This document shows, piece after piece, positions 42,601-57,600 of a DNA stretch of 64,000 bases. The notes beneath the pieces are model-generated. The model saw only the letters and a list, made by a program, of their open reading frames with translations. It was not told the DNA's origin and did not search any database. Source of the stretch: Antedon mediterranea. Lineage: Eukaryota; Animalia; Echinodermata. Position numbers and translations under genes: made by a program. Position 1 is the stretch's first letter. Every line of letters begins with the position of its first letter. The stretch spans positions 15,107,681 through 15,171,680 of the forward strand of contig NC_092678.1 in assembly GCF_964355755.1 (NCBI RefSeq), in the 5' to 3' direction.

Positions 42601-45600
42601 CTTACTTATTTGTAAATAGAAGAAAATGAAGACGCTATGGAAAAGACTTGACGAAGAAGGTATTCTTGAGGAAAAGTTACTACGTTATTTGTGGACAACT
42701 CAAACCCAAGATCACTTCGAAATATTCATTGAAGTGATGAGGGTGTTTCGGTTGCTTTATGAGAAGAAGAGTGTAAGTATTATGTGCATCAATTGATAAT
42801 TATAAGATATTATTCTCTCTCATCAATAGTGTGTAATCACCAATGTTTATAATAACAGGTACAAGAAGGTAACCGTGAATTCTTGGTTCCATGTCGGATG
42901 AAAGTTTATACAAATACTAGTCTAGAAGTGACAAAAGATGACATGCAGATGGTATCCATTTACCTGACTCCGACAGACTTTCTTCCTGAGGCTGTGTACC
43001 ACACTTTAGTTGTTGCATTTCTTGAATTGATGACGGGTACAGATAGTGATGATTCACAAGTGTTCCGGAATCGTAGTGATTTTGAATTTAAAGATCACAA
43101 AGTCAGTTTAGGTGCCGTACAAATTAAGCGTGAAAATGAAAAACCACACGCAATTAAGGTAGGACAATAATAGTTAAATATCTCACTATTTTTGTAGCAT
43201 ATACATAAATACTAGATCAATAGAATATATGGTCTATTTATTACTTAAGGTATCGTATATGATTGCATAACGCATCTTGCACTACGCACCTACCAACTTA
43301 ACATATCTATTATAGTAATGTTTACAATAACACAAATCAACCAACAAAATTATCAAATGATGTTTACACATCTTTAATAAAAAAAAAGAAAGGCTTCATC
43401 AATAACCATTTACTTTTCTTTATTACTTAATAGCTTCAAATATATCGTAGGAAAGAACAGAGTTATGACACAGAAGTTGGTGGCGCCAAACCAAAGAAAC
43501 GAAAACTGCAACCGAGTGTTTGCATGAAGGTAATCATTATTATGCATGCTATTAACACTTCCAAACAAAATGTAATGTAAATGTAAATTAAATGTAATAT
43601 TCTACACCACTTACATGTGTTCAGGTACTAAGTTACTTGAGGGACCAACTACAAACCGTATGCAACATATACGAAGGTAGTGCTTACAAGCTACGTGTGG
43701 TATGCGATGCTTGTAATCCAAAGGAAAATCACTTAGTTGACCTTGAAAAGTGTTTGAAAAATGATGCAGTTCCATGTGGAACCGATACGTCTATGAATAC
43801 AGCTCATATCAAGCGATATTTTTCTACAGGTAAGTTTTTTTTTCGTTTATGTTCCTTCTTCAATTTTATTAGTTGATCTTAATTAAATCTACATCAACAA
43901 CACACTACAAAATTAACTTAACTCGTTTGGACCTTAGGAGTTTAATGACAGGCGCCTAGCAGATGAATTTCAGTCATGCATCACATATCATTGACTTTAT
44001 CGGTTTACATTTTAATCTTTTAAAGAGCTGCTATATTATTTCATTGATAGTTTAACAATAATACAGGTATCGTTCCCCTGTATTTCATTTCAAAAACTAA
44101 GATGTTTGTTCTTTTAACAAAAGAGTCTATAGCTTTTGCTAGTGATTATAACTTTGTCACTCAGATATGGTGTCCGTTAGAGCTAATCTGTCACTAAACA
44201 TTTGTAAGCAGTTAGATAATTGAAGTAATAGTACTATAAATATTCAATTCCAATATACAATACATATATTACAATTAATTACTATACAATAGTTATACAC
44301 ACAGGATAAAATAATATTTGTAAATAGTTTCAGTCATATAAACTATACAAAATCTCTGCGATTTCTACAAAACGAATGTTCCGTGGACTGTTGGAAATAT
44401 GTTGTGAAGGCACATAAAAGCAAATAAAAGACACATTGCATCTAATTTGCTTATTTTTGGGTAAAATCAGTGATTAACATAAATCGAGAGAGGAAAAATT
44501 CCTTTGCCATCTAATCTGGCTCTTGAAATTAAATATAGTGTAGCTGCTCCTGTTAAATACTATAACGTCCAGTAGGCCTATATGTCTAGAGACAATAAAC
44601 ATCACCTGCATTTTAATTGTCTGTTACTACATTTCCATTACATAGGTTCCTTATTAAGTATCCTGGGTCGTCGCAAATATAAATCCCTTTCATGTTTCTA
44701 AACATGGCATGATAAGGAGAAATACCATTGTACTACAAAAATTCATGTTAATTTTATTCCCCGTATTTAATTTCTTGAAACATACAGTAGTTCTTTTTAT
44801 AATTTTTTGTCGTTCTGTTACAAATAATACTTTACATTTTATCTTTGTGGGAACATCTAATATTCTACTTTACCAAAATACTAACATTTCTTTTTTGTCA
44901 ATAGCAATCTTTTCAACTCAATTATTTTTGCGGCATTTCTTATTATTATAACCAACAAAAGTACCAAAGAATGTACACGGTCATCAACCCACTGTCTTCC
45001 AAATGCTTTACAAAACTTAATGTTTTGTAGATTCACATTCTTATGGTTTTCATCTTTGGTTGAAAGTGTATATTTGTGATAACCTGCAAAATTACAAAAC
45101 AAGTACTTAATTTAAATAAGTTTCATAATTGTTTATCTACAGCCAAAAGTAGTGTATCGTCAGCTAACTGAGCTATTTTAATATCATGTTGCTTCTTACA
45201 TTTATAGCCATTTCCTTGCAAAACACCAACAGTCTTCCAAAATCCTTTTTATTGATCTATCATTCGTTGTAATCGAGAGTCTCAACCCATTGTATTGGAT
45301 CCTGACCTAAACCAAATGGCAATTTATTTATTAAAACTATTTGTGAATTCTAGTACAATTTCAACACGTTTTGTTTTCACCAGTGAAGCTCGTTTTATGA
45401 GGCCCTGACATTAGTATTAGTAGTACACCTTTGACACACTTATTGTCTGTAATTCAATCTGTTATATTTATTTCAATTTATTACCCGCTTTGGTATGTAA
45501 CGACCATTTTTTTAATCATGACATTTGCCAAAAAAAAAAAACCTTACAATCTAGAAGATGTTTGTAATGATCGTATGTATCATAATATCTAACAGCACAT

Positions 45601-48600
45601 TTATTTTGTAATGGTTATTTTTTTTATTTTTACGTTGGAATTAATTTTACTATTGGTCTCTACACGTTAAGCATCCTTCGTACACAAATCCGTTGATTTT
45701 AAATAATGTTAAATAAATAATAACGAAAAATATTTTGTTACAGGTTTTGTTGGCGCATCAAGTTCTAATCTAGGTATGTTATATTTTAAATATATCTTTT
45801 GAAGAGCTGCTATATTATTTCATTGAGAGTTTAACAATAATACAGGTATTGTTCCCCTTGTATTTCATTCAAAACTAAGATGTTTGTTATTTGAGCAAAA
45901 TAGTCTACAGCTCTATTGCTAGTGATTACAACTTCGTCACTAAGATATTGTGTCCGTGAGAGGTAATCACTAAACATTTGTAAGCAGTTAGATGATTAAA
46001 ATAATAGTGCTATATTTATTGAAATTACAATGTATTACTATACAATAGTTATACACACATGATAAAATAACATTGGACAATTTCCTCAGTCATATTAACT
46101 ATGTAAAACTATGTAAACATTTCTACTAAAAATAATGCTGTGAGGACGGTTAGGAATCAACCTTTTATATTTTTAAGCAAATACAAGATACATTGCTTCT
46201 AATTTTCTTATTTTTGGGTAAAATCACTGATTAACATAAATCGAGAGATGAGCAAATCCTCTGCCATCCAATCTGGCTCTTGAATTAGTGTAGCTGCTCC
46301 TGTTAAATACTATATCGTCCAGTAAGCCTATTATGTCTAGAAACAATCAACAGCACCTGCATTTTAATTGTCTGCTACTACCTTTCCATTACATAGATTA
46401 CTTTTTAAGTATCCTGGGTCGTCACAAAAATAAAACCCATTCATTTCTCTTAACATGACATGATACGGGGTAATATCATATTCCTACAATAAAGCCTGTT
46501 AATTTTATCCCCCGATTTTAATTTATTGGAACATACAGTAATTTCTATTATTATTTTTTCTCGCTCTATTACAAATAATACTATACATTTTATCTTTGTG
46601 GGCATATCTAATATACTACAGTAGTGTAAACTAGCTTGGAGAGTTATTATTTCCACTACTTTACAAAAATACTAACATTTCTTTTTTCCCATGTTTTCAA
46701 TCTTTTTAACCCAGTTATGTTTGTGGTATTTCTTGTTATCATAACCATCAAAAGTACCAAAGAATGTACAGGGTCATCAACAAACTGTATTCCAAACGGT
46801 TTACCAACATAACGTTTTGAAGATCCACATTCCTTTGATTTTCATTTTTGGTTGAAAATGTATTAAATGTGTGATACCTGCAAACTTAATTTAAAAAAGT
46901 TTCAATAGGCCTACTTGTTTTTGTCTACAGCCAAAATTATGAGCAATGTTAACCTCCTGTTGCTTCTTAGTACATTTATAGCCATTTCCTTGTATAATAC
47001 CAATATTCTTCCAAAATCCTTTCTAATGGTCCATTATTCGTTGTAATCGATAGTCTACACCCATTGTATTGGGTCCTTTACTAAACCAAATGGCAATTTA
47101 TTTATTAAAACTATCTATGTATTCTAGTAAATAAACTAATTCTAGTCTTGTTTTCGCTAGCGAAGGTTCCTTTAATATAACATTTCTAATCAGTATCTAT
47201 TATGTCACCTACTACCAATTTTAGATATTATTATTAGCAATAGCATTATCGGTATCCTGCTTTTTAAAACTGGTTTTACCATGTTTGCACATCAAGAGAT
47301 TATTCCTCTGTTGTTCCTTTGTTCCTTTGAAAACTGATAATTTACATATATTAAAATAACAATTAAATGCATTACATAGGGTATCAATGGAATTCCAAAA
47401 CGTTTGATAAACCATCACTGCCTGAAGCCTTATTGGATTTCATTTCAAACGTGTTTTACATTCATCAATGTTTAGGATCCATTCACATATTGCCTTGTTC
47501 TTCTGATAAGGCGCTGACATTAGTATTATTTAGTAGGTAACTTAAAATACCTAAAATTGTGGTTCAGACCATTATAATTTATAATCATTATAATGTAACC
47601 AGATGAATCTGGAGTTTATATTTTGTATGGAAAAATGTATTGTATTGTTGTTTATGTTACAGGTGTTGTTGTGGCATCCAGTTCAACTACAGGTATGTTG
47701 TATTTATTATGGTATTGGTTTAGATTAAGTTAATATTAATTAAACTGTACAACTTTCTTCATTAAGCAACTAAAAGACACATTTAATTTTCCTATTATTT
47801 GAAGTAAAATCACTGATTAACATAAATCGAGAGATGAAAAAATCCTCTGCGATCCAATCTGGCTCTTGAAAATAATAATAATAAATAATATATTTATACA
47901 AGATAAAACAATCAAATAACAGTGTATCTGTTTTACATTGTGGTCCTGTTTTAATCAAAATATACAAAAGAGAAACTTAATTAAATATAATACAGTGTTT
48001 ATGAAAAAAAATGAGATTTGTATCTAGCCTTAAAGGAAGTAATTGTTGGTGCCGATTTAATATTAATTGGTAAACTGTTCCATATTTTTGCGCCTGCAAC
48101 TTTAAAGGATGAATTCATTTTACTAAGGGTATTGTTACATTCAAATTTTCTACTCCACTTGTTAAGTGGGTATGAATATCGCGAATCAATTCAATTTCAT
48201 TTACTAATCTAATTGGTGCAAGGATGTAAACACATTTATACATTAGACATGCTATGGAGAAATCTCGTTTCTCTTCAAGAGTTTGCCACGATAGGTTCTG
48301 GATGATTTTGTCACCCCTTACATTAATATAATCAAAGTTGCTCTTTTTTTATGTCGCTTTAAAATATTTTTGTTTAACTCTGTCGTATTTCCCCAGACTG
48401 TTATAGCATAATCACTACAATGCTGAATTGTACTAAGAGTTTCTAGTAACGGTTTACTTAAACTACTAGCCATTTGGATCAGCATATGTTAAATTTCAAT
48501 GATATATTATATAATTATCAAAATCCATTGTTATTAACATAGTAATTATATGAAAGTGGTCAAACATAGCTACTGAAACAGAACCAAGTTTTGAATGTTG

Positions 48601-51600
48601 GACACAAAGGTTGATTTTGGATTCTGTTACTTGTTTTATTAACCGTCCTCATTATTTAGGAGATCCCAGATTAGGCTGTCATTAATAATAATAATACTCT
48701 TTATTTCATATTCAAATGTACATATACAGCATTACAGATACAAAGCTCTTTAACTAATATACATAATTACATAATAAAAAAATACACTAATAATACAAAA
48801 CACATGGACCACAAACCACCACAAATCATTATAATTACTGCCTTATTGAGATTTGTTTATTAGGAAAGGGTTTTATGAAATTAAATTGTATGTTTATTTA
48901 TTTAAAATAAGCATTTGAATAATTATATCAAGACCACCATTACAAACACTGTACTGTCTTGGTTATCAATACTCAATAACTTGATTTTTTGATGTTTATT
49001 AGGAAAGGGTTTTATGAAACTAAATTGTATGTTTATTTATTTAAAATAAGCATTTGAATAATTATATCAAGACCACCATTACAAACACTGTACTGTCTTG
49101 GTTATCAATACTCAATAACTTGACAGCTTTCCAAAAGATAGTTGTACAGTACACTGTCAAAACTATAAATATGATTATTTAGTGTTTAGCACTAATGTGT
49201 TCGTTTCGTTTTGTGTTTTTACTTTGGTGTGTAGAAGAAAAATATGCTTATCTTTCAAGTGTTTAGCCTTTTCTGTGTTTGGCTCGTTCTGTGTTTAGAA
49301 AATAGTAGTGTTTTTGATGTAGTGTTTTAGAAGAAAAATATGCTTATCTTTCAAGTGTTTAGCCCGTTTTGCGTTTAGCACAGAAGTGCTTGGAAAAAGT
49401 ATAGTGTTTTAACTCTATAGTGTTTGGAATATCATTTGTGCTTAAATGCAAGTGTTTAGACCGTTTTGTGTTTAGCAAAGCAATGTATTTCCTGTGGTAT
49501 ACACTTAAGAATACATGCCTACTTGAAATATTTAGCAAACGTTTTTTGCTGTGGTGTTTAGAAGAAAAATTTGCTTATCTTTCAAGTGTTTAGCCTTTTC
49601 CGTGTTTAGCTCGTTCTGTGTCTAGAATATACTGTATTCTTTATATCTCTGGGTTTTCATGATCTGCATTAACACTTTTTCATAGCCAAAAATCACTTAT
49701 TTTGTTGTTACCTTAAACTCCTATTGGCCTTTATGCGTATCAGATTGACATCATTAATTAAGAACACAAAGAACGAAAGTGATATTTTAATCAAAACATT
49801 TAAATTATTTATTCATGTCTACCAATATAAACTTAACATATAGCATCAGATAACTGCCCTTTGACTTTAAAAACATTTTCATTGCAGAAAATGCATGATT
49901 CTATCCGTGTCCCTGTGGTATTCTGCCTTGGTGGTTATATGTCTTGATCCATTTCCTCATGCAAGAGAAAAAGTAATGAATATTAAAAATAATCTGGTTT
50001 ATTAATTTATTGACAACCGTATACAAAACAGCATTGTTCAAATTCTGCAATTACCTGCAATAAACAATGGGATAAAATAAAAAAAAATGTTAGTTCTGAT
50101 GTCTCCTCTATAATTTTGTCCAGATGCTTAGAAGCATCTTCTATACGGTTACCAAGCCATACACGGACTCTAGATGAATATATTGGAAGGGGACATTCAG
50201 TTTCAGTGCTAAAAGTGGACCAATTATGTTCATCTTCTCCTTCTCCACTAGAGAAAGAAAGATGGTTGCTCAATATCCATATCAGATGTCTAAGAAGAAT
50301 AAAAGAAATAATATTTTGAAACAATATAATTGCATATTGAATTGTTGGTGCCATTATCAGTCACGGTAGCTTAATGACCATTGTAGTCTTATTTCCATTG
50401 AGGTAGGCCTTGTTCCAACGTTTATTGACATGAAACAGTTACTGTATACGAATCCCTGAATTTAGACCCCTGATATGATTTTTTTTAACTAATTTTTATT
50501 TTAAAAAGACATATTTATTGAAACAACTACACTCCACAAAAAGCCTGCAGTTGCCCTAAGACCTCATGAGGCTGAGTAGTTAGAACTTCATTGAGACAAT
50601 AGTCTATTTATTTGGAGTGTACTGTTATTATTGATATTTTAATAATTGTATAAATTTGTTGTTTTTAAATAAACATACATTGTTTATTTGTTATTTTAAA
50701 AGACATATAGAAACAACTACACTCCACTAGAAGCCTGCAGTTGCCTTAAGACCTTATGAGGCTGTCTAGTTAGAACTTCATTGAGACAATAGTCTATTTA
50801 TTTGGAGTGTACTGTTATTATTGATATTTTAACAAATGTATAATTTTGTTGATTTTAAATAAACATATATTATTTATTTTTTAATTTAAAAAGACATATT
50901 CAAACAAATACACTCCACTAGAAGCCTGAAGTTGCCCGAAGACCTAATGAGGCTGTCTAGTTAGAGCTTCATTGAGACAATAGTCTATTTAGTTTAAGTG
51001 TTAGTTTTACTGTAGGCCTATAATAATATAACGATAATTATTGTTTTCCAATGCATTATTTAGTATTTTTAAATACAGGTTAGGCCTATTTTCATTATAA
51101 TATGTGGTCAGATTCTGAAAAAATACAAGAAATTTACCAGACTATGTTAAAACAATGATTACATTCAAATTGGTTTTTTAAAATAAAGAATAAAAGAGCA
51201 AAATATAATTAGCTTAGTGATATCTAAAAATAAAACTAGATTTTAAATTCTTACCTTCATTTATTTTGGCATCATCTTCTGGGATTCCACACAAGTTTTG
51301 ATTTCTTCAGCAGAACTGTTATCATCTATTAAATCCATGCTGAAATAAAAAAGGAACCAATAATACTGTATAAACATATACCTTACAAATACATTATATT
51401 TGCAATCTATTTTTATACAATACTGGTACAGTACTAGGCTATACTGATGCACTAGATATTTGTGGCAACAACACATCACTCTTCAGTGATCAATCATTCA
51501 GCTGATTCATTCTCAAAGAATTCAGCTTACTCTAACAAATTCAGGATAGTAATGCTTGAGTGATTTCTCTCTCCTAATTCTTGTCCTCATTCTCAATGAA

Positions 51601-54600
51601 AATATTTATTTTCTTTTCTTTTTTTCTATAAAATTATAACAATAATACTAATAGTAAATGACATTAACATGATCATGACCTATGAAGGAACTAAGGCCTA
51701 GTCTAGAAAACTAAGTAAATACTTTTTGAGTCCAGTTCCTAATATTCACTCAGGGAAGAAATACAAGGTTTCCTACTTAGTACTTTCTAGAATTTTTATC
51801 AAATAATTTACAGGGTTAGTATATATTATTTTGACAACTCTAGTAACATGACCACAGTGCTGTTTTTCCATTTTTCCTCTAGACTATTAGTAACTGTATT
51901 CAAAGTAAAAAAGATAGGATAGCTATTTTTATTGTTATAATACCGATAGTGGAAGGGGCGAGTTCTAGGTTTGCCGATTTATTTGCTTTTCACCTACTTT
52001 CGAAGCTGCTGTTGTCGACCGTTGGCCAAAATTAGGCCGGCTTTACAAGACATCGGCAGGCAACTATTATTCCAAAAGGCAAATTTAATATAATAAATAC
52101 ATATTACCAATACAAACAATGTGAATAACTTACCTGCAATATATGATTACTTTAAAGATGTATTGTCCCTTGAAACACAAAAAAATGAAAGTCAAAATAT
52201 TCTAAATTTAAATTGGCCATATCAAAGTAATATTAAAGTTATTCACTTTAATTCGAAAATTCGTGCCAAAAACAACAATTTTACGTAATTAACAGGTAAA
52301 TTAGTTTGATTACATTTCGTCTGGAAAATCGTCACGAGAGAAAGTAAACAAAGATTTCAAACCAAGAGTATGCATTATGCATGATCCTAATTAGGATTGT
52401 TTACAACTCGTAACGGTTGAGAAGGTGTTTTCACACAGATCGCGAGGAAGTTTATGATTATGCATACAGAGTAGCCAAACAAGCGCGTTGCATTATGAGA
52501 TATGTTTTGATCGAAAACTTTGACTGGAAGTCACAGTTTTTTTTAAACTAAAAAACGTCTATATTTCAGTTAAATAATTTTTTTTTCCGACTAATTTTTG
52601 GAGAAAGTTAATAACTATTATGATACTTCAAAATGACCCACTTTTTTTTTAAATCTTCTAATTTTTATTTTTTTGGAATTTGACAAAGGGACAATACATC
52701 TTTAATCAACTTAAAGCTAAGAATTAGAACGATTTTTGTTTCACCTTCCCGACACCACTCCCATCTAGACTTGTCCCAAGTCTGTATTTATTGTTTTTTT
52801 TTTTAAATATATTTGTTTTCATTTCGACCACGATTTTTGTCTGAAAATACATCCAAACTCAAGTAATACACGTATGAAACGCCATATGTGCAAAAATATT
52901 TATATTTTTACAAAACTCCGTCTGGAGCCCAGACTACACTCCCATCCAACTCAACGGCTTCTGCTGAAAAGGCGCGCACTAGATTCGCGGTTTTTTCTTC
53001 TCATCCATCATAATCAGTCTTTCCTTGGGGTGTTGCTATTGTATGTATATATGGATATTTCATCATTTCGCAAACATTTATAGCTTTTATTATAATCTTA
53101 ACGCCATAAAGTGTTTTATATTAGTTATGAAATATGTGTTTATGTAAATAATTAATATTTTTAATTTGAAATTGTTCATGCCAAGATCATTATCTACCAT
53201 GAGAATGAATGGTATCAACTGTATGTTGATGCATCATGGTCAATCATTGTTAGTGTGTGTGTAAGGGGGGAGGGGTGCACGCCGTGTGGTAAAAGGATTG
53301 GAAATGTTGTGTATTTTGGTCGAAAGCGATGCATCAACAAATATTTACTCTATTAATCAAATTATAACTTATTAATTAATAAATTATAAACTAGGAAAAG
53401 TACAGGGCCAAGCAATATCCCCTGTGGGACACCACAAGTCAGTGACTTTGAAGATGACAAAATCCCAGCAAACTTGGTGTTGAGAGAACGGGAAGTGAGA
53501 AAGCTGCAGACGATGGGAATTATGGACGACCTCACACCCAGTTCAATCAACTTTATAATAATAACATTATGATCAACACGATCAAAAACGTATCTAAATG
53601 AATCTATTTACTGTACTTTCCCAAAACAACATGTTGGTACCGTAAATCGAAATCAGCAGAACTTATCAATCCAACAAACAATTTACCAAACTAAATGGAT
53701 CTATTCAATCCAATACACATTTCCAAATGCATGCCAGCATAATAAAGAATATAGCAATAACAATAAGTGTGTTATTAAACACAGTGGTGTTTAGATTTGA
53801 AACGTAAATTCTTTAAACATTATTTAAACAAACGCTTTTACTTCTAAACACCAATTTTAATAAGCACAAACAAATATTAAACATGTAAGTTTGTTTTATT
53901 AAACACAATCATGTTTAAGATTCAAACGTTAATTTTACTAAACATAATACATATACTAAGCACGAACAAATATTAAACACAAAAGGCGTATACAACTTTA
54001 GGACGTGCTTAGAAATGTGTTTAGCAATAATGTTAACGTTGCAATACCCTATTCTATTCTGAAATATTGTTATATAAACGGTTGTGTTTAGAATCTAAAC
54101 ATATGACATGTTTAGAAATGTGTTTATGTGTTTTAAAATTAAACACAATGCTAAATATGTTTAGGTGTAATACGTGTATTTTATGTTTAACAGCTAAACA
54201 CTGTTTTTACAGTGTATACTAAATTAAGTGACTTTTATTGATTATTATTTTATTATTATAAAGGTTCTGCTCATAAATCAACTGAGAAATCATTGATCAG
54301 TATTAAAAATCTTCAAGAAATCCATAAACCAGGTAAGCTATTTACACTAGCTATTTTAAATAGTAAATCTATAGACATAGATATAGGCCTACAAAGCAGT
54401 TACTACAATTTTGTTATCAAATAAACAACATAATAAAATGCTAAAATATTTTCATCCCACAGGTCAAATTACAAAGTTAAATGTCGGCACTGATGGTGGA
54501 ACTTTGACAAATAAAAAGACAAAGTTGGTGATATATCCTGGAGCAATTGAAGAAGGATTGAATGTTGAAGTATCGCTAGAAAACACTTCTTTTCCTAGTG

Positions 54601-57600
54601 ATTTGTTATCTGATCCTCTTGAAACAATACTTTCACATGTTGTTAGATGTGGACCACCAGGCACAGTCTTTAGAAACCACTGCTTGCTGTCATTTCCTCA
54701 TAATGCAATAAATGAAGAGTCTTGGGAATTTACTTTGCTTGTCACAAAAACCCATGAAGGAGAATGGCGAAAAATAAAACTGGACAGTAAAGAAGATGAC
54801 ATAACATTTTCTTTACACAATGGTCAATGTCATATACATTTAAATCATTTTTGTGGAATGGGTCTTATAAGTCGCTTAATTAATAAGATTAAAGGTCGAA
54901 AAACAGCAATGTTAGGTGTGTTTGGAAGGGTACTGACTGATGAATATCAACTTCGAGTAAGAACCTGGGACACAGACAGAGAAGAGGTAATTATATTTAG
55001 TGTTATTTACTTTGTAAAAAAGAGATACCAGTACATCAGGTAGTTTGTGGGCAAACTGTGTATGTGTGTCCACATATTATGTCACAATTTTTTTAATCCT
55101 GTGCCTTAAATGGATTTTCGATGTGTTTTGATGTATGGATTGCATTGAATTGCATTTTATCAGCGGCAATGAAGCATAACTATTCTGACATAATTTTGGT
55201 ATAAAATCTTCCAAGACAAAACATTGATGGTCACACTACCTAGGTTTTGGCCTCAAATGGCACATTTTGCCAAAACTCTCTATTATTTTTAGTATAATTC
55301 AGTATGTCTACCAGTACTTTGTCAACAATGTCATGAAAAGTTCACCATTTACCCAGTTATATTTGACAGTAAATATGCAGTACATTATACCATGTTGATT
55401 TAAATTTATTTGGAAATCATTATAAAAAATACATAAAAGTATTAAATACTGATTTTCCAGGATATCCCAAAAAACTTAAAAACATATTTCCATATAATCT
55501 AAAAATTAATTTTTAAAAAACAATGTACTGTATTATAATACCATTTTATAAAAGTACAAGGAAATAACAATGGCTCACTTGTAATACACGTCCAGTGTCA
55601 TAGAAAAATACAATACAAATTCTATACAAATACATTATCAGCACTGCTCTTCAATTGACTATTTTTACCATTTATAGGTGGTCAAATTTCACAATTATTA
55701 ACAAGAGGCATTCAGTTTTTTTTAATAATATCGGGAATCTATAAGTTTTGATATCTATTAGTGGGGTTGGGTTTTGTAATCTAGATACAATGGCTCTTTC
55801 ACCAGGCATCATATCACGATGCCTCTCTGACTTGAGTATTCCTTTTCTAAATTTTGATATTACTTTCTCTCTACGTTTCAGGAGATATACAAAGAGAATG
55901 ACATATATACAGAGATACCTATACAAATGCCAAAATGTATAGATTTGTTGCACACTGATATGGAAATAGAAGTAGAAAAAGCAGTAGGATGGAAAGTGGA
56001 ACCCCCTAAGCAGGTATGATCATTTAATTCAATAACAAAAATGTAATAACAGTTTAAAACAAATAGAAACATAGATAACCTTATAGCTTCTACCCATTAA
56101 ATTATAAGTTAGGTTCTATCGAGGAATAAGTTAATTTCATAATTAATTTAACCAATTGGTCAGCTGTTTGCCCTACTCTGATGTAATGTGTTACTTTACA
56201 CTATTGAGAACACTTTCAAACAAAATTGCATCATCCTGTTGGTGCAGTACCCAATGCATACTTGGGCTCGACTCTAGCCACCAGAACAAGCTTAGTGGGC
56301 TATAGGTATGAACGCCAGGCTAGTGATCTGGAGGTATTGGGTTCAAGTCCCACCTGAGAATTACTTGAAAATCTACTCAATTATTCAACTCCCTGATGCA
56401 AAGCTACTCATTTATTCATTTTAGCGATACAAAAATACATAGTCCAAGATGGCATGGAATGACCACAGTTTAAAATAAACTTTGACCCTCAGGCCACAGT
56501 AGTTAAACACAATTATTATCCTAATTTAACTAATACAAGTTTTGAAAAAGAATAGGGTGAAAGGGAGACAGGAAAGACAAGAGGCTTATCATAATTATGT
56601 TAAAGACGCAATATTTTTTTACAGACTATAAGTGCTAGTGAATTATGGAAAACTAAAACATGGTGTGTATTTGATGTAACAAGAAGTGATCCATTGAAAC
56701 ATAAATTTAGGGCAAAAGTACTAACACAACAACGACAACAAACAATTGAGTTACCATTTGTCTGTAAGTATCAATGTAAATGACAGTGCTGTACACAACT
56801 TAATATTTAATATTAAGTTTAGTACAGTAAAAATATATATGTATTAAGAATATAGGTGTAATGTGATTTTTCGTCGCCGTTTTTTTCACATGGAAATTAT
56901 TTCAACCTAATTCATCCTGGATCCAAATAAAATTAGGAACCACAACAAATAGATAAACACGAATTCTTTGCTTTCTGCATTTTATTTTATTATTGTAAAA
57001 ATGAAATGTATCAATTACATGTATTTATGGAATATTTGTATGATGTATAATAAAAATGTTATATGACAACCTTTACATTTAATAAAAGAAAATCAAAGCT
57101 AAAATTTTGAAATATTTGCAGGGGAACTTGAAAAATCAAGAAATCCAGGATCAGGTATGTACATTTAGTTAGGCATGTAGCTTTTAATAGTGCCCAGAAA
57201 TTAAATCCTTGATTATTCTGCCATTTAATTATCTTTATAGAGCCTACACATTTTTTTTTAAATTCATAATTTATTGTAGACTGTATTCTAAAACAATGCT
57301 GTTCAAAATGAAGAACATAAGTAAAAAACAAAAAACTTGCTACAAAATAATTTCATAATGAAATATTATATAATTTAACATAACATTACATTTCTGACTG
57401 TATTACTTTTTGATTTAGCTTTATGCTTAAAGATGTATGTTACAGAATAAACTGTTTATGTTATATACAGTGTAGCATAGACAAAATTACGAGACCCATC
57501 TTTTAAATCCAATTATTAATACGATGACGTCATCAAATTGACATATAAAGATAACATTTTTAGAAGATAATTATCTAAATAATTACATTAAAACAAATTA

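Larger units (their letters stand above)
44020..47870. repeat. Older intronic duplication (about 44020-45360 vs 45800-47160; partial third copy 47780-47870)
   Basis: Clear colinear similarity with many substitutions; each main copy is followed by a paralogous 30-nt microexon. Confidence 0.85.
49152..54214. mobile_element. EnSpm/CACTA-like non-autonomous element with TA TSD
   Basis: ta|cactgtcaaaac ... gtttttacagtg|ta; many gtgtttag subterminal repeats on the left and inverted (c)taaaca(c/t) on the right; contains a 3x about 190-bp repeat (50500-51000), a Kolobok-like MITE and a LINE fragment. Confidence 0.72.

Noticed and set aside
24330-43829. Assigning gene symbol LRRK2, DAPK1 or MFHAS1
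   Set aside because: No LRR or kinase seen and ZU5 present; orthology unsupported
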